NCBI GenBank assembly: GCA_049303795.1
Contig: JBAQNM010000004.1
Location: 141,690 to 187,457 of the forward strand
Reading direction: 5' to 3'
Source: Candidatus Moraniibacteriota bacterium
Lineage (GTDB): Bacteria > Patescibacteriota > Minisyncoccia > Moranbacterales > UBA2206
DNA length: 45,768 nt
In this document: piece by piece, positions 16,633-26,158 of the stretch
Position numbering within the stretch: position 1 is the first letter of the stretch
How the letters are laid out: each line of letters starts with the position of its first letter
The notes under the pieces: generated by a model
What the model was told of the DNA's origin: nothing
The model's database searches: none
Seen by the model: the letters and a program-made list of their open reading frames with translations, nothing else
Translations under genes and position numbers: made by a program

Positions 16633-17886
16633 TTATTTTTCCTTTATAATAGACCTTATTATTCCTTCATCTTGACAAGTATATTTTTTACTGGCTGAGT
16701 AGAAACTTTTTTTTGGTCCATAGCACCCACCATTTTCTTTATTGATAGTAGCCATCATTGGCATAAGAAAGCCCATTTTCTTAGAGGTAAAATAACCATA
16801 TAACTCTTTGAGTGTTCTCTCTCTTTCACTTTTGTCCATTCTGGCAAAGACACTCATGTCATCAAATTTAAGCCCACTCCAATCCAAATGCAATAAAACA
16901 TTATTCGCCTTATTGGCATATCTCTCATGCCAAAGAAGCGCCCAACAACTTTCAAGATGACTCCAGCAAGGACCATTTTCAATTTTTCCATCATCGCCAA
17001 TCCCCACTCCGCCTTCAATATAATCAAACATACGTAAATATTTTTCGTTAGTTATGGTTCCAGTTTGAGCACCAATTATAATCTGCATGTTTTTACTTTT
17101 GGCATATTTGCGCATATCATCCAAAACTTCTTTTAATTTAGATTTACTTAAATCGGGATTATCCTGATAATGGATTTGACCAAAAAGAAAACTCTGAATT
17201 CCCAAATCCATTGCTTCGCGAGTTATATATTTCAAATATTCACGATATTCTTTTTCATTTAAACTCGGCTTGCAAGTGTGTTCTCCCCAAATGTTTGAAG
17301 AATCATTTCGACACATTTCGGAAAAATCAAAATCCCTATCTTTTTCCGGATAATAAAAGTCCTTATTCTTCTTTATTGCCTCAGCAATGAACATTCCATA
17401 AACAATATTTGGTTTTTTTATTTTTTCCATAATTCTTGAGGCCTTTTCAAAATCCGGTGTGTCCGCCCAAGTTTCCAAAGCGCGATGCAAATAAACACAG
17501 CTCGATCGATTTATCATATTGACTGATTCTTGCGTGTCACCACCATAGCCAGAAAGAATTCCATCTGTTACGCAACCTTGTTTTTTTATTTTATCCATTG
17601 AGATCGGCACCGGAGTGTAGTAGTAATCATATTTTGGTTTAATAACCTCCTCCTCTTTTTTTTCTTCTTTTACAATAATCTTTCTAGGTACAACCTTAGG
17701 TGGGTTAAATTGGGGAAAATCGTTAGCACTTTTTATAATAAAAAAAGAGCTTGAAATGAAAAATAATAACAGGATGCTTGTTCCAAGCACAATTCCTATT
17801 TTTTTATTTTTTAAAAAAAGCCAAAAACGCTCCTTACGAGAAGGAATATGCAAATTATATCCATTTTGAGGTTGTCCTATATACAT
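16633..17886 (-). CDS. Hypothetical N-terminally membrane-anchored, Cys-containing extracytoplasmic protein
   Basis: 417 aa. TM (IGIVLGTSILLLFFISSSFFII), a lysine/glutamate linker, then a domain of about 320 aa with 8 Cys. I recognise no family. Confidence 0.65.
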   Translation of the reverse strand: MYIGQPQNGYNLHIPSRKERFWLFLKNKKIGIVLGTSILLLFFISSSFFIIKSANDFPQFNPPKVVPRKIIVKEEKKEEEVIKPKYDYYYTPVPISMDKIKKQGCVTDGILSGYGGDTQESVNMINRSSCVYLHRALETWADTPDFEKASRIMEKIKKPNIVYGMFIAEAIKKNKDFYYPEKDRDFDFSEMCRNDSSNIWGEHTCKPSLNEKEYREYLKYITREAMDLGIQSFLFGQIHYQDNPDLSKSKLKEVLDDMRKYAKSKNMQIIIGAQTGTITNEKYLRMFDYIEGGVGIGDDGKIENGPCWSHLESCWALLWHERYANKANNVLLHLDWSGLKFDDMSVFARMDKSERERTLKELYGYFTSKKMGFLMPMMATINKENGGCYGPKKSFYSASKKYTCQDEGIIRSIIKEK

Positions 17887-17986
17887 ATATTCTATTATAC
17901 ACTATTTTCAAATAGTTTCTTTACAAAAAATAAAAGGCCTTAAAAGGCTTAGAGTTGAATATTTTTTATTTTTAAACTTTTTTTCA

Positions 17987-18655
17987 TCAACTCCAGAAGT
18001 TAGTCACGATTTTTTTTAGTTCCGTATCGTATGATACAAGAAAAACAATCAAAAAATAAACGAAAACAGTAGCGATTCTTGAAGAAGAGTAAAGTTTTAA
18101 AGCGCTTCCCAGGGATTGTTTGGGAAAAAGCGAATAACCGCTTAAATTTACAGAAGAATAAATTTCATCCAAAACCAAATGCCCCAAATAACCCATGATT
18201 ATTGCTAAACCAATAAAAAAACTACTACTAACTTCCATTTCAGAAAAAGAGTTTAAAAGCCAAAATACAATCAAACCTGAAAGAATAGCCGCTGGAATAG
18301 AATGAAACATCCCTCTATGATTAGTAAAATTTTCAAAAATAAATCCTCCTATGAAGCGCACTGTCACAAAAGTTAAAATTGGAAAAAATATCAACCCTTT
18401 CCAGTTGTTATTTCCGCTTTGATATAGATCAAAAAATACAATGCCGGCTATGACCATAGCTAAAAGACCAAAAAGAATTTGAAAAGGAACTCCCCCATCC
18501 AAATCTAAATCAGGAAGAAATGATCCAATAATAACTGCCAGAAAAACACCCACAATTAATTCCATTCCAAATATCATCGAATACAAAAGACAGGCAACCA
18601 CGAATCCAACTCCAATAAAAACTCCCCAACCAATGTGTGTTTTAAAATTAGCCAT
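17987..18655 (-). CDS. YdjM-type membrane-bound metal-dependent hydrolase family protein
   Basis: 222 aa, multi-TM. Starts MANFKTHIGWG and carries HRGMFHSIPAA and GYLGHLVLDEIYS. Confidence 0.75.
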   Translation of the reverse strand: MANFKTHIGWGVFIGVGFVVACLLYSMIFGMELIVGVFLAVIIGSFLPDLDLDGGVPFQILFGLLAMVIAGIVFFDLYQSGNNNWKGLIFFPILTFVTVRFIGGFIFENFTNHRGMFHSIPAAILSGLIVFWLLNSFSEMEVSSSFFIGLAIIMGYLGHLVLDEIYSSVNLSGYSLFPKQSLGSALKLYSSSRIATVFVYFLIVFLVSYDTELKKIVTNFWS

Positions 18656-18719
18656 AATTTTTTATCTATTATACCACAATAAAAAAACATCAAAAATAAA
18701 AAATATAAACCAATCCATA

Positions 18720-18748
18720 ATGACAAACAAAAATAAATTTGCTAGAAT
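18720..18748 (+). promoter_or_regulatory. Sigma-70-type promoter (ATGACA-17 nt-TAGAAT with TG extension), likely giving a leaderless mRNA
   Basis: ATGACA at 18720-25, TG at 18740-41, TAGAAT at 18743-48. ATG 18755 begins 7 nt after the -10 box. Confidence 0.55.
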
Positions 18749-18754
18749 AAAAAA

Positions 18755-19750
18755 ATGAAAACACAAATAACAAAAAACGTCTTGGCATTTCTAATTCTAC
18801 TCTTTGGCTTGCTACTATGGATCTCGGTTGACCGCGCAATTAATATCCCCCAGTCAAGCACCTGGCTCATTCCAATCATTTATTTTTCACTTTTTTTCAT
18901 CTCCATTTCACTAGGGTCAATTATTATTAAAAAAAGGCTCGTATTATATTCAGCCTTGGTAATAAGCTTTATTTTTAATCTTATTTTCACTTTTTCCTTT
19001 TGGCATCTTGGCATACTTATTTTTTCTTCTTTATTAGCGTATGTGGCAATGGAAAAAATAGCCAAGGAAACAAGAAATGGCATAATATTGGACGTATTTA
19101 AATCTATTAGAATCGGAAGAGCAACTTTGATTGTAGCTATCGCGCTTAGCATTTCTTCCCAATATTATTTTGAAATAAAAAATACAAATCGAGCGGGCGT
19201 TATTCCTGAATTTAAAATAGATAAATTGTCTTCCAAAATTATTCCGGCAATCTACCCAGATTTGGAAAATATGGAAAAAGAAAACCTGACTGTAGATGAT
19301 TTTATTTTAAGAGCCTCTACTGAAAAATCCAAAAACCTCATAACGGAAATGTTAGGCACTTCGAAATTAGATGAAGAAGTCGCAGATACAAATCAAGCCC
19401 AGACAAAAAAAATTACACAGGAAGATCAAGAGCAATTACTGAAAGAGGGACGCTTAAAGATAAGCGACTTAGCCAATAGAGAAGTTCTTGGATCGGAGAA
19501 AATTTCAGATATTTTTTCTGAAATTATCAGCAGTAAAATAAACACCTATTTTTCTCCTAGTTTAGTAAAAGAAAATTCATCTATAATTTCGTGGATTGCA
19601 GCCTTAGTTTTATTTCTAACCATCATCTCATTAGGTTCTTTCTTGAGCTTCGTTGTGATTTATCTTGCAGTGTTTATATTTTGGATCCTCCGAAAAACCG
19701 GATTAATAAAGGTCTCTAAAGTTCTAATGGAAGTGGAAGTTATTGAATAA
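18755..19750 (+). CDS. Hypothetical multi-pass membrane protein
   Basis: 331 aa. Several N-terminal TM helices, a charged middle segment and a C-terminal TM pair. No family recognised. Confidence 0.7.
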   Translation: MKTQITKNVLAFLILLFGLLLWISVDRAINIPQSSTWLIPIIYFSLFFISISLGSIIIKKRLVLYSALVISFIFNLIFTFSFWHLGILIFSSLLAYVAMEKIAKETRNGIILDVFKSIRIGRATLIVAIALSISSQYYFEIKNTNRAGVIPEFKIDKLSSKIIPAIYPDLENMEKENLTVDDFILRASTEKSKNLITEMLGTSKLDEEVADTNQAQTKKITQEDQEQLLKEGRLKISDLANREVLGSEKISDIFSEIISSKINTYFSPSLVKENSSIISWIAALVLFLTIISLGSFLSFVVIYLAVFIFWILRKTGLIKVSKVLMEVEVIE

Positions 19751-19848
19751 TAAAAAACCAGATTGGCAAGGACCTTTTTTCATGTTAAATTTCATTGGTG
19801 TTTAAAAAAAATCAACCTTATTATTTAATAGAATTATACAAAAAAACT

Positions 19849-20151
19849 ATGCAAACAATAAATTTAGAAGGAAAAGTTTGTGGTTATAGCAAAAGAATGC
19901 TTGCCGTTATTATTCTTTTGATCTTTGTTTCAGGAATAATGTTTTATGCTGGGGCAAAATATGAAAAAAGAAAACTGCTCTCACTTGGATTCGCAAAATG
20001 TGAAACAACAGCTAAATCTGAAAAAAAGGCAAAAAACAAAAAACAAAGCCTAGAAGCAACACCAACGACTTCAACCACCCCAATTAATGAAGACAGTGCC
20101 ACAAAAATAACTCCGTCAACCTCCCCTACTGCTGAATCAAAAAGCCTCTAA
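19849..20151 (+). CDS. Small membrane-anchored protein with Lys-rich and Thr/Pro/Ser-rich tail
   Basis: The ORF track starts at TTG 19795. I prefer ATG 19849 (MQTINLEGKVCGYSKRMLAVIILLIFVSGIMFYAGA...). Confidence 0.5.
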   Translation: MQTINLEGKVCGYSKRMLAVIILLIFVSGIMFYAGAKYEKRKLLSLGFAKCETTAKSEKKAKNKKQSLEATPTTSTTPINEDSATKITPSTSPTAESKSL

Positions 20152-20301
20152 AGCTAAACCTTTCCAACTAGCTAAAGCTTTTTTCAAGTTCAATCTTTGA
20201 CTGGAAACAGTTAATAATTCACTCCCTCCTTTTCTTTTTTCTAAATATGCTGTAAGATATATTCTCAGTGTTAGTTTTTTATTATTTATCATTTTGAAAT
20301 T

Positions 20302-21753
20302 ATGTCGAACAATGAAGTTGCAGTCAGGTTTAACAATGTTTCCTTTAAATATTCTCGCGACAAAATCATTCTTGATGAAGTGTCTTTTTCGCTTCGTCAA
20401 GATTCAAAAATCACTCTGATGGGCCAAAATGGAGCTGGAAAAAGCACTATTTTTAATCTAATCACTGGAGCGATGAAGCCGGATTCAGGTTCAATTCATG
20501 TTTCCGATAACTTGAAAGTAGCCTACGCCAAGCAAGTTATTCCTCGCGAAGAATTAGATCTAACTATCCGTGAATTTTTTGAAAAGCGTTTTGACGAGAA
20601 AATTTATAATATTGATCCGAAAATTGATGCCGTCTTAGAAATTGTCAATCTGAAAGCCCCCCATGATAGAATTGTTAAATCCTTTTCCGGTGGACAGCAA
20701 GCACGCTTACTACTTGCCTCAGCACTTATTGTCAATCCCGATTTATTAATTTTAGATGAGCCTACTAACAATCTTGACCCAGCCGGCATCGAGCATCTAA
20801 CCGCTTTCTTAATTAATTTTCCACATACATGTATTGTTATTTCTCATGACGCTGATTTTTTGAATGCCTTCACGGAGGGCGTTATTTATCTAGATATTTT
20901 CAACCATAAAATTCAACAATATATTGGCGACTATTATACTGTGGTAGAAGAAATTGCCGCCCAAATTGAAAAAGAAAAACGCAAAAATGCTCAATATGAA
21001 AAAGAAATTATTGCCAACAAGGAAAAGGCCAACTTTTTTGCCAACAAAGGAGGAAAGATGCGTTTGGTGGCGAGAAAAATGAGAAACAAAGCGGAAGAGA
21101 TGGAGGAAGCAAAAGTAGATGTGCGCAGAGAAGACAAGGCTATTCGTCCATTTACAATTCCCTGCCAAGAAGAATTGCCAATTGAAATTATGAACATTTC
21201 TTCTGTCACGGTAGTCAAAAATTATGAACCAACCGAAAAAGACGTCAAGATTTCCTTGCGAAAAAATCAACATCTTCTTCTTTCCGGACCAAACGGTATC
21301 GGCAAAAGCACACTCTTGGAATCACTCGCAGAGGGATCAGCCACTAGCGCAAAAATTGCCGAAGATGTTCGCATCGGTTATTATCGTCAAGATTTTTCCA
21401 ATCTCAATTTCGATGAAACAGTCTATAATTCACTGCTCTCTGCTATGCGACTGCAAGATGAAGAAAAAATGCGCGCTATTGCCTCAGGATTTCTAATCAC
21501 AAAAGAAATTATCAACTCTAAAATTGGTGATCTATCCGAAGGTCAAAAAGGGCTTGTCGCTTTTGCGCAACTAGTTTTGCTCGAGCCAGGCCTTTTGATT
21601 TTAGACGAACCAACCAACCACATTAACTTTCGCCATCTGCCAATTATCGCTAAAGCCCTAGATGAATATAAGGGCGCAATGATTCTTGTTAGCCACGTGC
21701 CTGATTTTGTTGAGCAAATCAGAATTGACGAGGTGCTAGATTTGGAGAGATAG
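20302..21753 (+). CDS. ABC-F family ATPase (two ABC cassettes, no TM domain)
   Basis: 483 aa. Cassette 1: GQNGAGKST / FSGGQQARL / LILDEPTNNLD. Charged inter-domain linker. Cassette 2: GPNGIGKST / LSEGQKG / LILDEPTNHI. Confidence 0.9.
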   Translation: MSNNEVAVRFNNVSFKYSRDKIILDEVSFSLRQDSKITLMGQNGAGKSTIFNLITGAMKPDSGSIHVSDNLKVAYAKQVIPREELDLTIREFFEKRFDEKIYNIDPKIDAVLEIVNLKAPHDRIVKSFSGGQQARLLLASALIVNPDLLILDEPTNNLDPAGIEHLTAFLINFPHTCIVISHDADFLNAFTEGVIYLDIFNHKIQQYIGDYYTVVEEIAAQIEKEKRKNAQYEKEIIANKEKANFFANKGGKMRLVARKMRNKAEEMEEAKVDVRREDKAIRPFTIPCQEELPIEIMNISSVTVVKNYEPTEKDVKISLRKNQHLLLSGPNGIGKSTLLESLAEGSATSAKIAEDVRIGYYRQDFSNLNFDETVYNSLLSAMRLQDEEKMRAIASGFLITKEIINSKIGDLSEGQKGLVAFAQLVLLEPGLLILDEPTNHINFRHLPIIAKALDEYKGAMILVSHVPDFVEQIRIDEVLDLER

Positions 21754-21771
21754 AAAATTTTTACTTGAAAT

Positions 21772-21801
21772 AAAAAAGTAGCTCACGTGGGCTACTTTTT
21801 T
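21772..21801. terminator. Bidirectional intrinsic terminator between convergent genes
   Basis: AAAAAA-GTAGCTC-acgt-GGGCTAC-TTTTTT. The stem has 7 bp including one G-U and is flanked by A and T runs. Confidence 0.7.
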
Positions 21802-21804
21802 GTT

Positions 21805-22158
21805 TTAGCTGTGTAATTTTATGTATTCATCGATCCTATCTCTATCCTCATTTTCTTTGTTTCCTTTGAAATATATCTCGATAAATTCTATCAACTCTAT
21901 AGATTGCGTTTTGATATGATAAGCGTAAATCACTCGAAAGAATTTCCCTTTAGTAGCATCACAATGCATCCGCACTTTATAGATTTCTACGCAATCATTT
22001 TTGTGAAGAAGATTCCAATGTTTCGTCCCATTTCCTCGTGGTGATTCGGTCAAATACAATTCCTTGAGTTGACGAAAATCCTTTCCAAGAGTGCGATACT
22101 TTTTTGAAAGTTTTTTTAGGTCTTTGACAAATTCTAATGTTTCTTGAAAATTTGGCAT
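21805..22158 (-). CDS. Putative type II toxin, RelE/ParE-superfamily-like
   Basis: 117 aa, 9 nt downstream of the antitoxin-like gene. FVKDLKKLSKKY...CVEIYKVRMHC...GKFFRVIYAYHIKTQSIELIEFIEIYFKGNKENED follows the F.k.lkkL ... yR.R ... fRiiY ... i.l..i pattern of this fold. By-eye call only. Confidence 0.55.
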   Translation of the reverse strand: MPNFQETLEFVKDLKKLSKKYRTLGKDFRQLKELYLTESPRGNGTKHWNLLHKNDCVEIYKVRMHCDATKGKFFRVIYAYHIKTQSIELIEFIEIYFKGNKENEDRDRIDEYIKLHS

Positions 22159-22167
22159 ACGAGAATA

Positions 22168-22965
22168 TTAGAGTTTATCATATTCTCGAACCGACAGCTT
22201 TTCATTCCGATAAAACACGCCATTATAGTGAACCTCCTCGCCAATCTTAGCTGCCCTCCATGGCATATCCTCATGAGAAAGATCAGAAAGCTCTTTGGCA
22301 GTTTTATCAGCTAATCTTCGAAGTTCCCAATCGATGTGTTTAATTTCCTGAGCGGATAATGGTGTCAAATCGATTTTATATTCTGGATTGAGAAAAAATT
22401 TCTTTTGTTCCTTATTGTAGAATTTTGAACGTACCTCTTCTATTTCATTTTTAGCTTTCATCTCCTCAATAATCTTGCTAAACATCACGGGTGTCGGACC
22501 ATAGTGATTTTTAATATACACCGCCCCCATCAACTGCTCTTCAAATTTTTCATAATAATCAAAATCAATAAAATATAACAGCTTATAGATAGCGGTCATT
22601 CCAATATTAGGCTTTCCGCCTACTTTTTTTAGGATATAAGCCAAAACGGTCTTAAATTTTTTCTGATTTTTAATCGGTACAGAGATTCTCATTTCATCAT
22701 CTTTTTTATTTTTCCCTTTATCGACTTCCTCCTTTTCCAGAAAAACTTGCTTCTCCTCAGCCACAACGCCTGACAAAAAATCCATAAGCGTCATGCCAAA
22801 AAATTCCGCCAGCTTTGATGCTTCAGTTATGGTGATATCCCGCTCACCTTTTTCTATTTGCATATAGGTTGGACGAGAAATTTCCAATTTTTTAGCCAAA
22901 TAATCCTGAGAAAAATCATTCCTCAGTCGAAGTTTTTTAATTTTCTCGTAGAGTTTTTCAGGCAT
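22168..22965 (-). CDS. HTH-XRE :: Panacea (DUF4065, SocA-like) fusion, putative antitoxin and autorepressor
   Basis: 265 aa. N-terminus: KIKKLRLRNDFSQDYLAKKLEISRPTYMQIEKGERDITITEASKLAEFFGMTL. C-terminus: MTAIYKLLYFIDFDYYEKFEEQLMGAVYIKNHYGPTP and LSAQEIKHIDWELRRLADKTAKELSDLSHEDMPWRAA. Confidence 0.85.
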   Translation of the reverse strand: MPEKLYEKIKKLRLRNDFSQDYLAKKLEISRPTYMQIEKGERDITITEASKLAEFFGMTLMDFLSGVVAEEKQVFLEKEEVDKGKNKKDDEMRISVPIKNQKKFKTVLAYILKKVGGKPNIGMTAIYKLLYFIDFDYYEKFEEQLMGAVYIKNHYGPTPVMFSKIIEEMKAKNEIEEVRSKFYNKEQKKFFLNPEYKIDLTPLSAQEIKHIDWELRRLADKTAKELSDLSHEDMPWRAAKIGEEVHYNGVFYRNEKLSVREYDKL

Positions 22966-22995
22966 AGTTTTTATATATTCCTATTTATACTATCT

Positions 22996-23050
22996 ATACT
23001 ACCCTAAATATTAAACTTTGTCAACTATATTGACATTATACATTGACAAG
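22996..23050 (-). promoter_or_regulatory. Promoter (TTGACA-17 nt-TAGTAT) with operator-like inverted repeat
   Basis: On the minus strand the -35 is at 23019-23024 and the -10 at 22996-23001. The inverted-repeat arms on the plus strand are TTTGTCAA (23017-24) and TTGACAAG (23043-50). A third TTGACA lies at 23030-35. Confidence 0.45.
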
Positions 23051-23093
23051 TTTATTTAACACTAAATAATACCGCTAAGTGTATAAATTTATT

Positions 23094-24131
23094 TTAATTT
23101 ATTTCTATATCAATATGTTTTACCTCAGCGATTTCATCCTCTATTTTCTTTTCAATTTCATTAATTTTATTCCCAATCATTCTCGGTACCTTGTCTAAAT
23201 AATCTACGCAAAATTTGAGAAATTCATCATAGTCTTCTTTTATAAAAACGTACTCATCCTTCAGAACTCCATTCGGAAAAATGTTTCTGATTAGACTAGG
23301 TCCATTAAATTCCACTTCGCATTTGATGCGATATTTTCCCACATCTAAAATGGTTGATTTGAAATCAATCACCTTTTCAATCGCTGGATCGTTTTCTAAA
23401 ATTTTAATAATTCTTTTTTGCGTTTTTTTCGGAATGGCTTTTCCAATCAAATATTCTCGATTTTTATCAATAAGCATAATCGCCACAACCCCCAAAAGCA
23501 CGCCAATAATAATCGAACCGATAGCATCCCAATAATGATTGCCGGTTATATGAGTAAGCCAGATACTAAAAAAAGCAATTAACACTCCAAGAACTGCCAC
23601 ACCATCTTCATATAGCACGGCCAAAGTTGTCGGATTACCAGTTTTTAATATCTCTTTAAATTTCATGTTTGGATTGGAATGACGAAGTTCTCTAAGCGCC
23701 AACAAAAAAGTACCCCCTTCAACCACAAAAGAAATTGCCAGGATTGTAAAAGTCAACCAGCCAACTGAAATTTCTTTTTCGGAAAATAAAGAAACTATTC
23801 CATGATAAACTGTCACACCTGCACCAATGAAAAATATCCCACAAGCAGAAACCAGTGACCAAAAAAATCTTTCCCGCCCATAGCCATAGGAAAATTCTAA
23901 ATTCGCTTCTTTAGTTGAGCGCTTAACTCCAATCAAAAGCAAAAACTGATTGGCGGCATCCGCAAAACTATGGATTGTTTCAGAAAACAAAGCGCCTGAT
24001 CCGGAAAGCATAAAACCAATAAATTTGAGAATCACAATTAAAACGTTTCCAGAAAAAGCCGCCAAAACTGGCAAATAGCCTGTTGCGTTTTTCTTTTGAA
24101 TTTGATTATTATCTATGATTGATTTGTGCAT
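23094..24131 (-). CDS. Cation diffusion facilitator (CDF) family metal efflux transporter
   Basis: 345 aa. Six TM helices, FSETIHSFADAANQ motif and a C-terminal cytoplasmic domain. Confidence 0.9.
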   Translation of the reverse strand: MHKSIIDNNQIQKKNATGYLPVLAAFSGNVLIVILKFIGFMLSGSGALFSETIHSFADAANQFLLLIGVKRSTKEANLEFSYGYGRERFFWSLVSACGIFFIGAGVTVYHGIVSLFSEKEISVGWLTFTILAISFVVEGGTFLLALRELRHSNPNMKFKEILKTGNPTTLAVLYEDGVAVLGVLIAFFSIWLTHITGNHYWDAIGSIIIGVLLGVVAIMLIDKNREYLIGKAIPKKTQKRIIKILENDPAIEKVIDFKSTILDVGKYRIKCEVEFNGPSLIRNIFPNGVLKDEYVFIKEDYDEFLKFCVDYLDKVPRMIGNKINEIEKKIEDEIAEVKHIDIEIN

Positions 24132-24221
24132 CTTGATTGATTCGATTTATTATTGTTTTTTATAGTATACATTATTTTTAAAAGATAAAATAGCATAACA
24201 AATAAAAATAGCCACTTTTCT

Positions 24222-24250
24222 TTGACAAAACCTTTTTTAAAGGGTAGAAT
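24222..24250 (+). promoter_or_regulatory. Sigma-70-type promoter for typA (TTGACA-17 nt-TAGAAT)
   Basis: TTGACA at 24222-27 and TAGAAT at 24245-50, 46 nt upstream of ATG 24297. Confidence 0.55.
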
Positions 24251-24296
24251 AAACTTTATGTTTTAAACTAACTTAAGTTCAACTAAGAATCACAAA

Positions 24297-26084
24297 ATGG
24301 AAATCAGAAATATTGCGATTATCGCCCATGTGGACCATGGAAAAACCACTCTCACCGATGCAATCATGCGTCAAACCGGAGCAGTTGTCGAAGGAACAAC
24401 AATGGATAGTAACACCTTGGAACAAGAACGAGGCATCACTATTTATTCTAAAAACGCCGCTATTATTTATAAAAACACGAAAATCAATATCGTGGACACT
24501 CCAGGACATGCTGACTTTGGTTCAGAAGTTGAACGTGTTTTACGTTCAATTGATAGTGTGGTTTTAGTAGTTGATGCCCAAGAAGGTCCGATGCCACAAA
24601 CTAGATTTGTTTTGAAAAAATCTTTGGAGTTGGGATTGAAGCCGATTGTTGTGATTAATAAAATTGACAAACCAGCCGCTGATCCCGATATGGTGCAAGA
24701 GCAAGTTTTTGAATTATTTTTAGATTTAGGTGCTTCTGATGCACAACTTGAATTTACCACTGTCTATGCTATTGCCCGCCAAGGAATTGCTAAATTACAC
24801 ATGGAAGATGAGGGGCATGATCTTTGCCCGCTTCTCGACACAATTCTCGCTCGTATTCCGGCCACACCACTAGAAAATAGTGATAAGCCTTTGCGCATGC
24901 AATTTTTTAATCTAGGCTATGATAACTTTTTAGGACGATTGGGAATTGGCCGAATCTATGAAGGCGTGCTTCATTTTGGAGACACCGTCACAGTTAAAAA
25001 AAGTAATGGAACCGTCGAAACAGGAAAAATCACAAAGCTATTTTCCTTTCTTGGTATGGAACGCAGAGAAGTAACGGAAGCCATCGCTGGAGATATTGTG
25101 ATGATTGCTGGTATTCCTAAGATTGATATTGGCGAAACAGTTTGTGCTAACCCTGATCAAGAAGCCTTGCCATATATCCATATTGATGAGCCAACCATTT
25201 CTCTTAATTTTCTAGTTAATGATTCCCCTTTTGCCGGCAAAGAAGGTAAGCTCGTTACCAATAAGCAAATCAAGGAAAGACTCATGAAAGAATTGGAAAT
25301 TAATGTGGGGCTCAAAATTGATTTTTCAACTTCTGATTATTATACTGTTTTCGGTCGTGGAGAATTACATGTCGCGATTCTTTTGGAAAATATGCGCCGT
25401 GAAGGTTTTGAAGTGCAAGTTTCCAAGCCAAGAGTAATCATCAAAGAAATTGATGGGGTTAAATCAGAACCATTCGAAGAATTGACAGTTGATGTGCCAG
25501 AAAAAACCTCTGGCGTTGTGATTGAAAAAATTGGCAAGAGAAAAGGTATTATGATGCACATGAAACAAACTGGCACTCAAATGCGCATGATTTTTGAAGT
25601 GCCAACTCGTGGAATTCTTGGTTATCGTGGAGAGTTTATGATTGACACTCGCGGAGAAGGCATACTTTGCAGCCGCGTGATTGGATTTCGACCATACGCC
25701 GGAGAAATTAAAAAAGTTGATACTGGATCAATGGTTTCTATGGCTACCGGAAAAGCGTTGGGATTCTCCTTGGCTAACTTACAAACTCGTGGAACACTCT
25801 TTATTGAAGCAGCAACAGAAGTTTATGAAGGCATGGTAATTGGAACAACTTCCAAAGGACAAGATATGGCTGTTAATCCAACCAAAGGAAAGCAAATGAG
25901 TAATATGCGATCTTCCGGTGCTGATGAAGCAATTCAACTCTCCCCTCCAACTAAAGTCACACTTGAACGTGGATTGGAAATTATTGCTGATGATGAATAT
26001 TTGGAAGTTACACCGCTCTCTATTCGTCTTAGAAAACAATATCTTAGTGAGACAGAACGCATCAGACACGCTAGAAAAGCTTAA
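24297..26084 (+). CDS. typA: Translational GTPase TypA/BipA
   Basis: 595 aa. [34 protein letters not shown], and a full-length EF-G-like architecture typical of BipA. Confidence 0.95.
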   Translation: MEIRNIAIIAHVDHGKTTLTDAIMRQTGAVVEGTTMDSNTLEQERGITIYSKNAAIIYKNTKINIVDTPGHADFGSEVERVLRSIDSVVLVVDAQEGPMPQTRFVLKKSLELGLKPIVVINKIDKPAADPDMVQEQVFELFLDLGASDAQLEFTTVYAIARQGIAKLHMEDEGHDLCPLLDTILARIPATPLENSDKPLRMQFFNLGYDNFLGRLGIGRIYEGVLHFGDTVTVKKSNGTVETGKITKLFSFLGMERREVTEAIAGDIVMIAGIPKIDIGETVCANPDQEALPYIHIDEPTISLNFLVNDSPFAGKEGKLVTNKQIKERLMKELEINVGLKIDFSTSDYYTVFGRGELHVAILLENMRREGFEVQVSKPRVIIKEIDGVKSEPFEELTVDVPEKTSGVVIEKIGKRKGIMMHMKQTGTQMRMIFEVPTRGILGYRGEFMIDTRGEGILCSRVIGFRPYAGEIKKVDTGSMVSMATGKALGFSLANLQTRGTLFIEAATEVYEGMVIGTTSKGQDMAVNPTKGKQMSNMRSSGADEAIQLSPPTKVTLERGLEIIADDEYLEVTPLSIRLRKQYLSETERIRHARKA

Positions 26085-26096
26085 GAAAAATATATC

Positions 26097-26130
26097 AAAA
26101 AAACTTTCCCACATCGGGAAAGTTTTTTTT
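26097..26130. terminator. Bidirectional intrinsic terminator between typA and the M24 peptidase gene
   Basis: AAAAAAA-CTTTCCC-acatc-GGGAAAG-TTTTTTTT. Confidence 0.8.
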
Positions 26131-26158
26131 ATTTATTAAAGTTAAAAAATAATATAAA

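Noticed and set aside
20137-20400. 87-aa minus-strand ORF bridging two plus-strand genes
   Set aside because: It overlaps the 3' end of 19849..20151 and the Walker-A-proximal start of the ABC-F gene, and has no motif or translation signal.
11063-21789. CACGTG palindrome in the loops of two terminator-like hairpins (11063-11068 and 21784-21789)
   Set aside because: A 6-bp palindrome seen twice is compatible with chance, and I found no further copies in equivalent positions.
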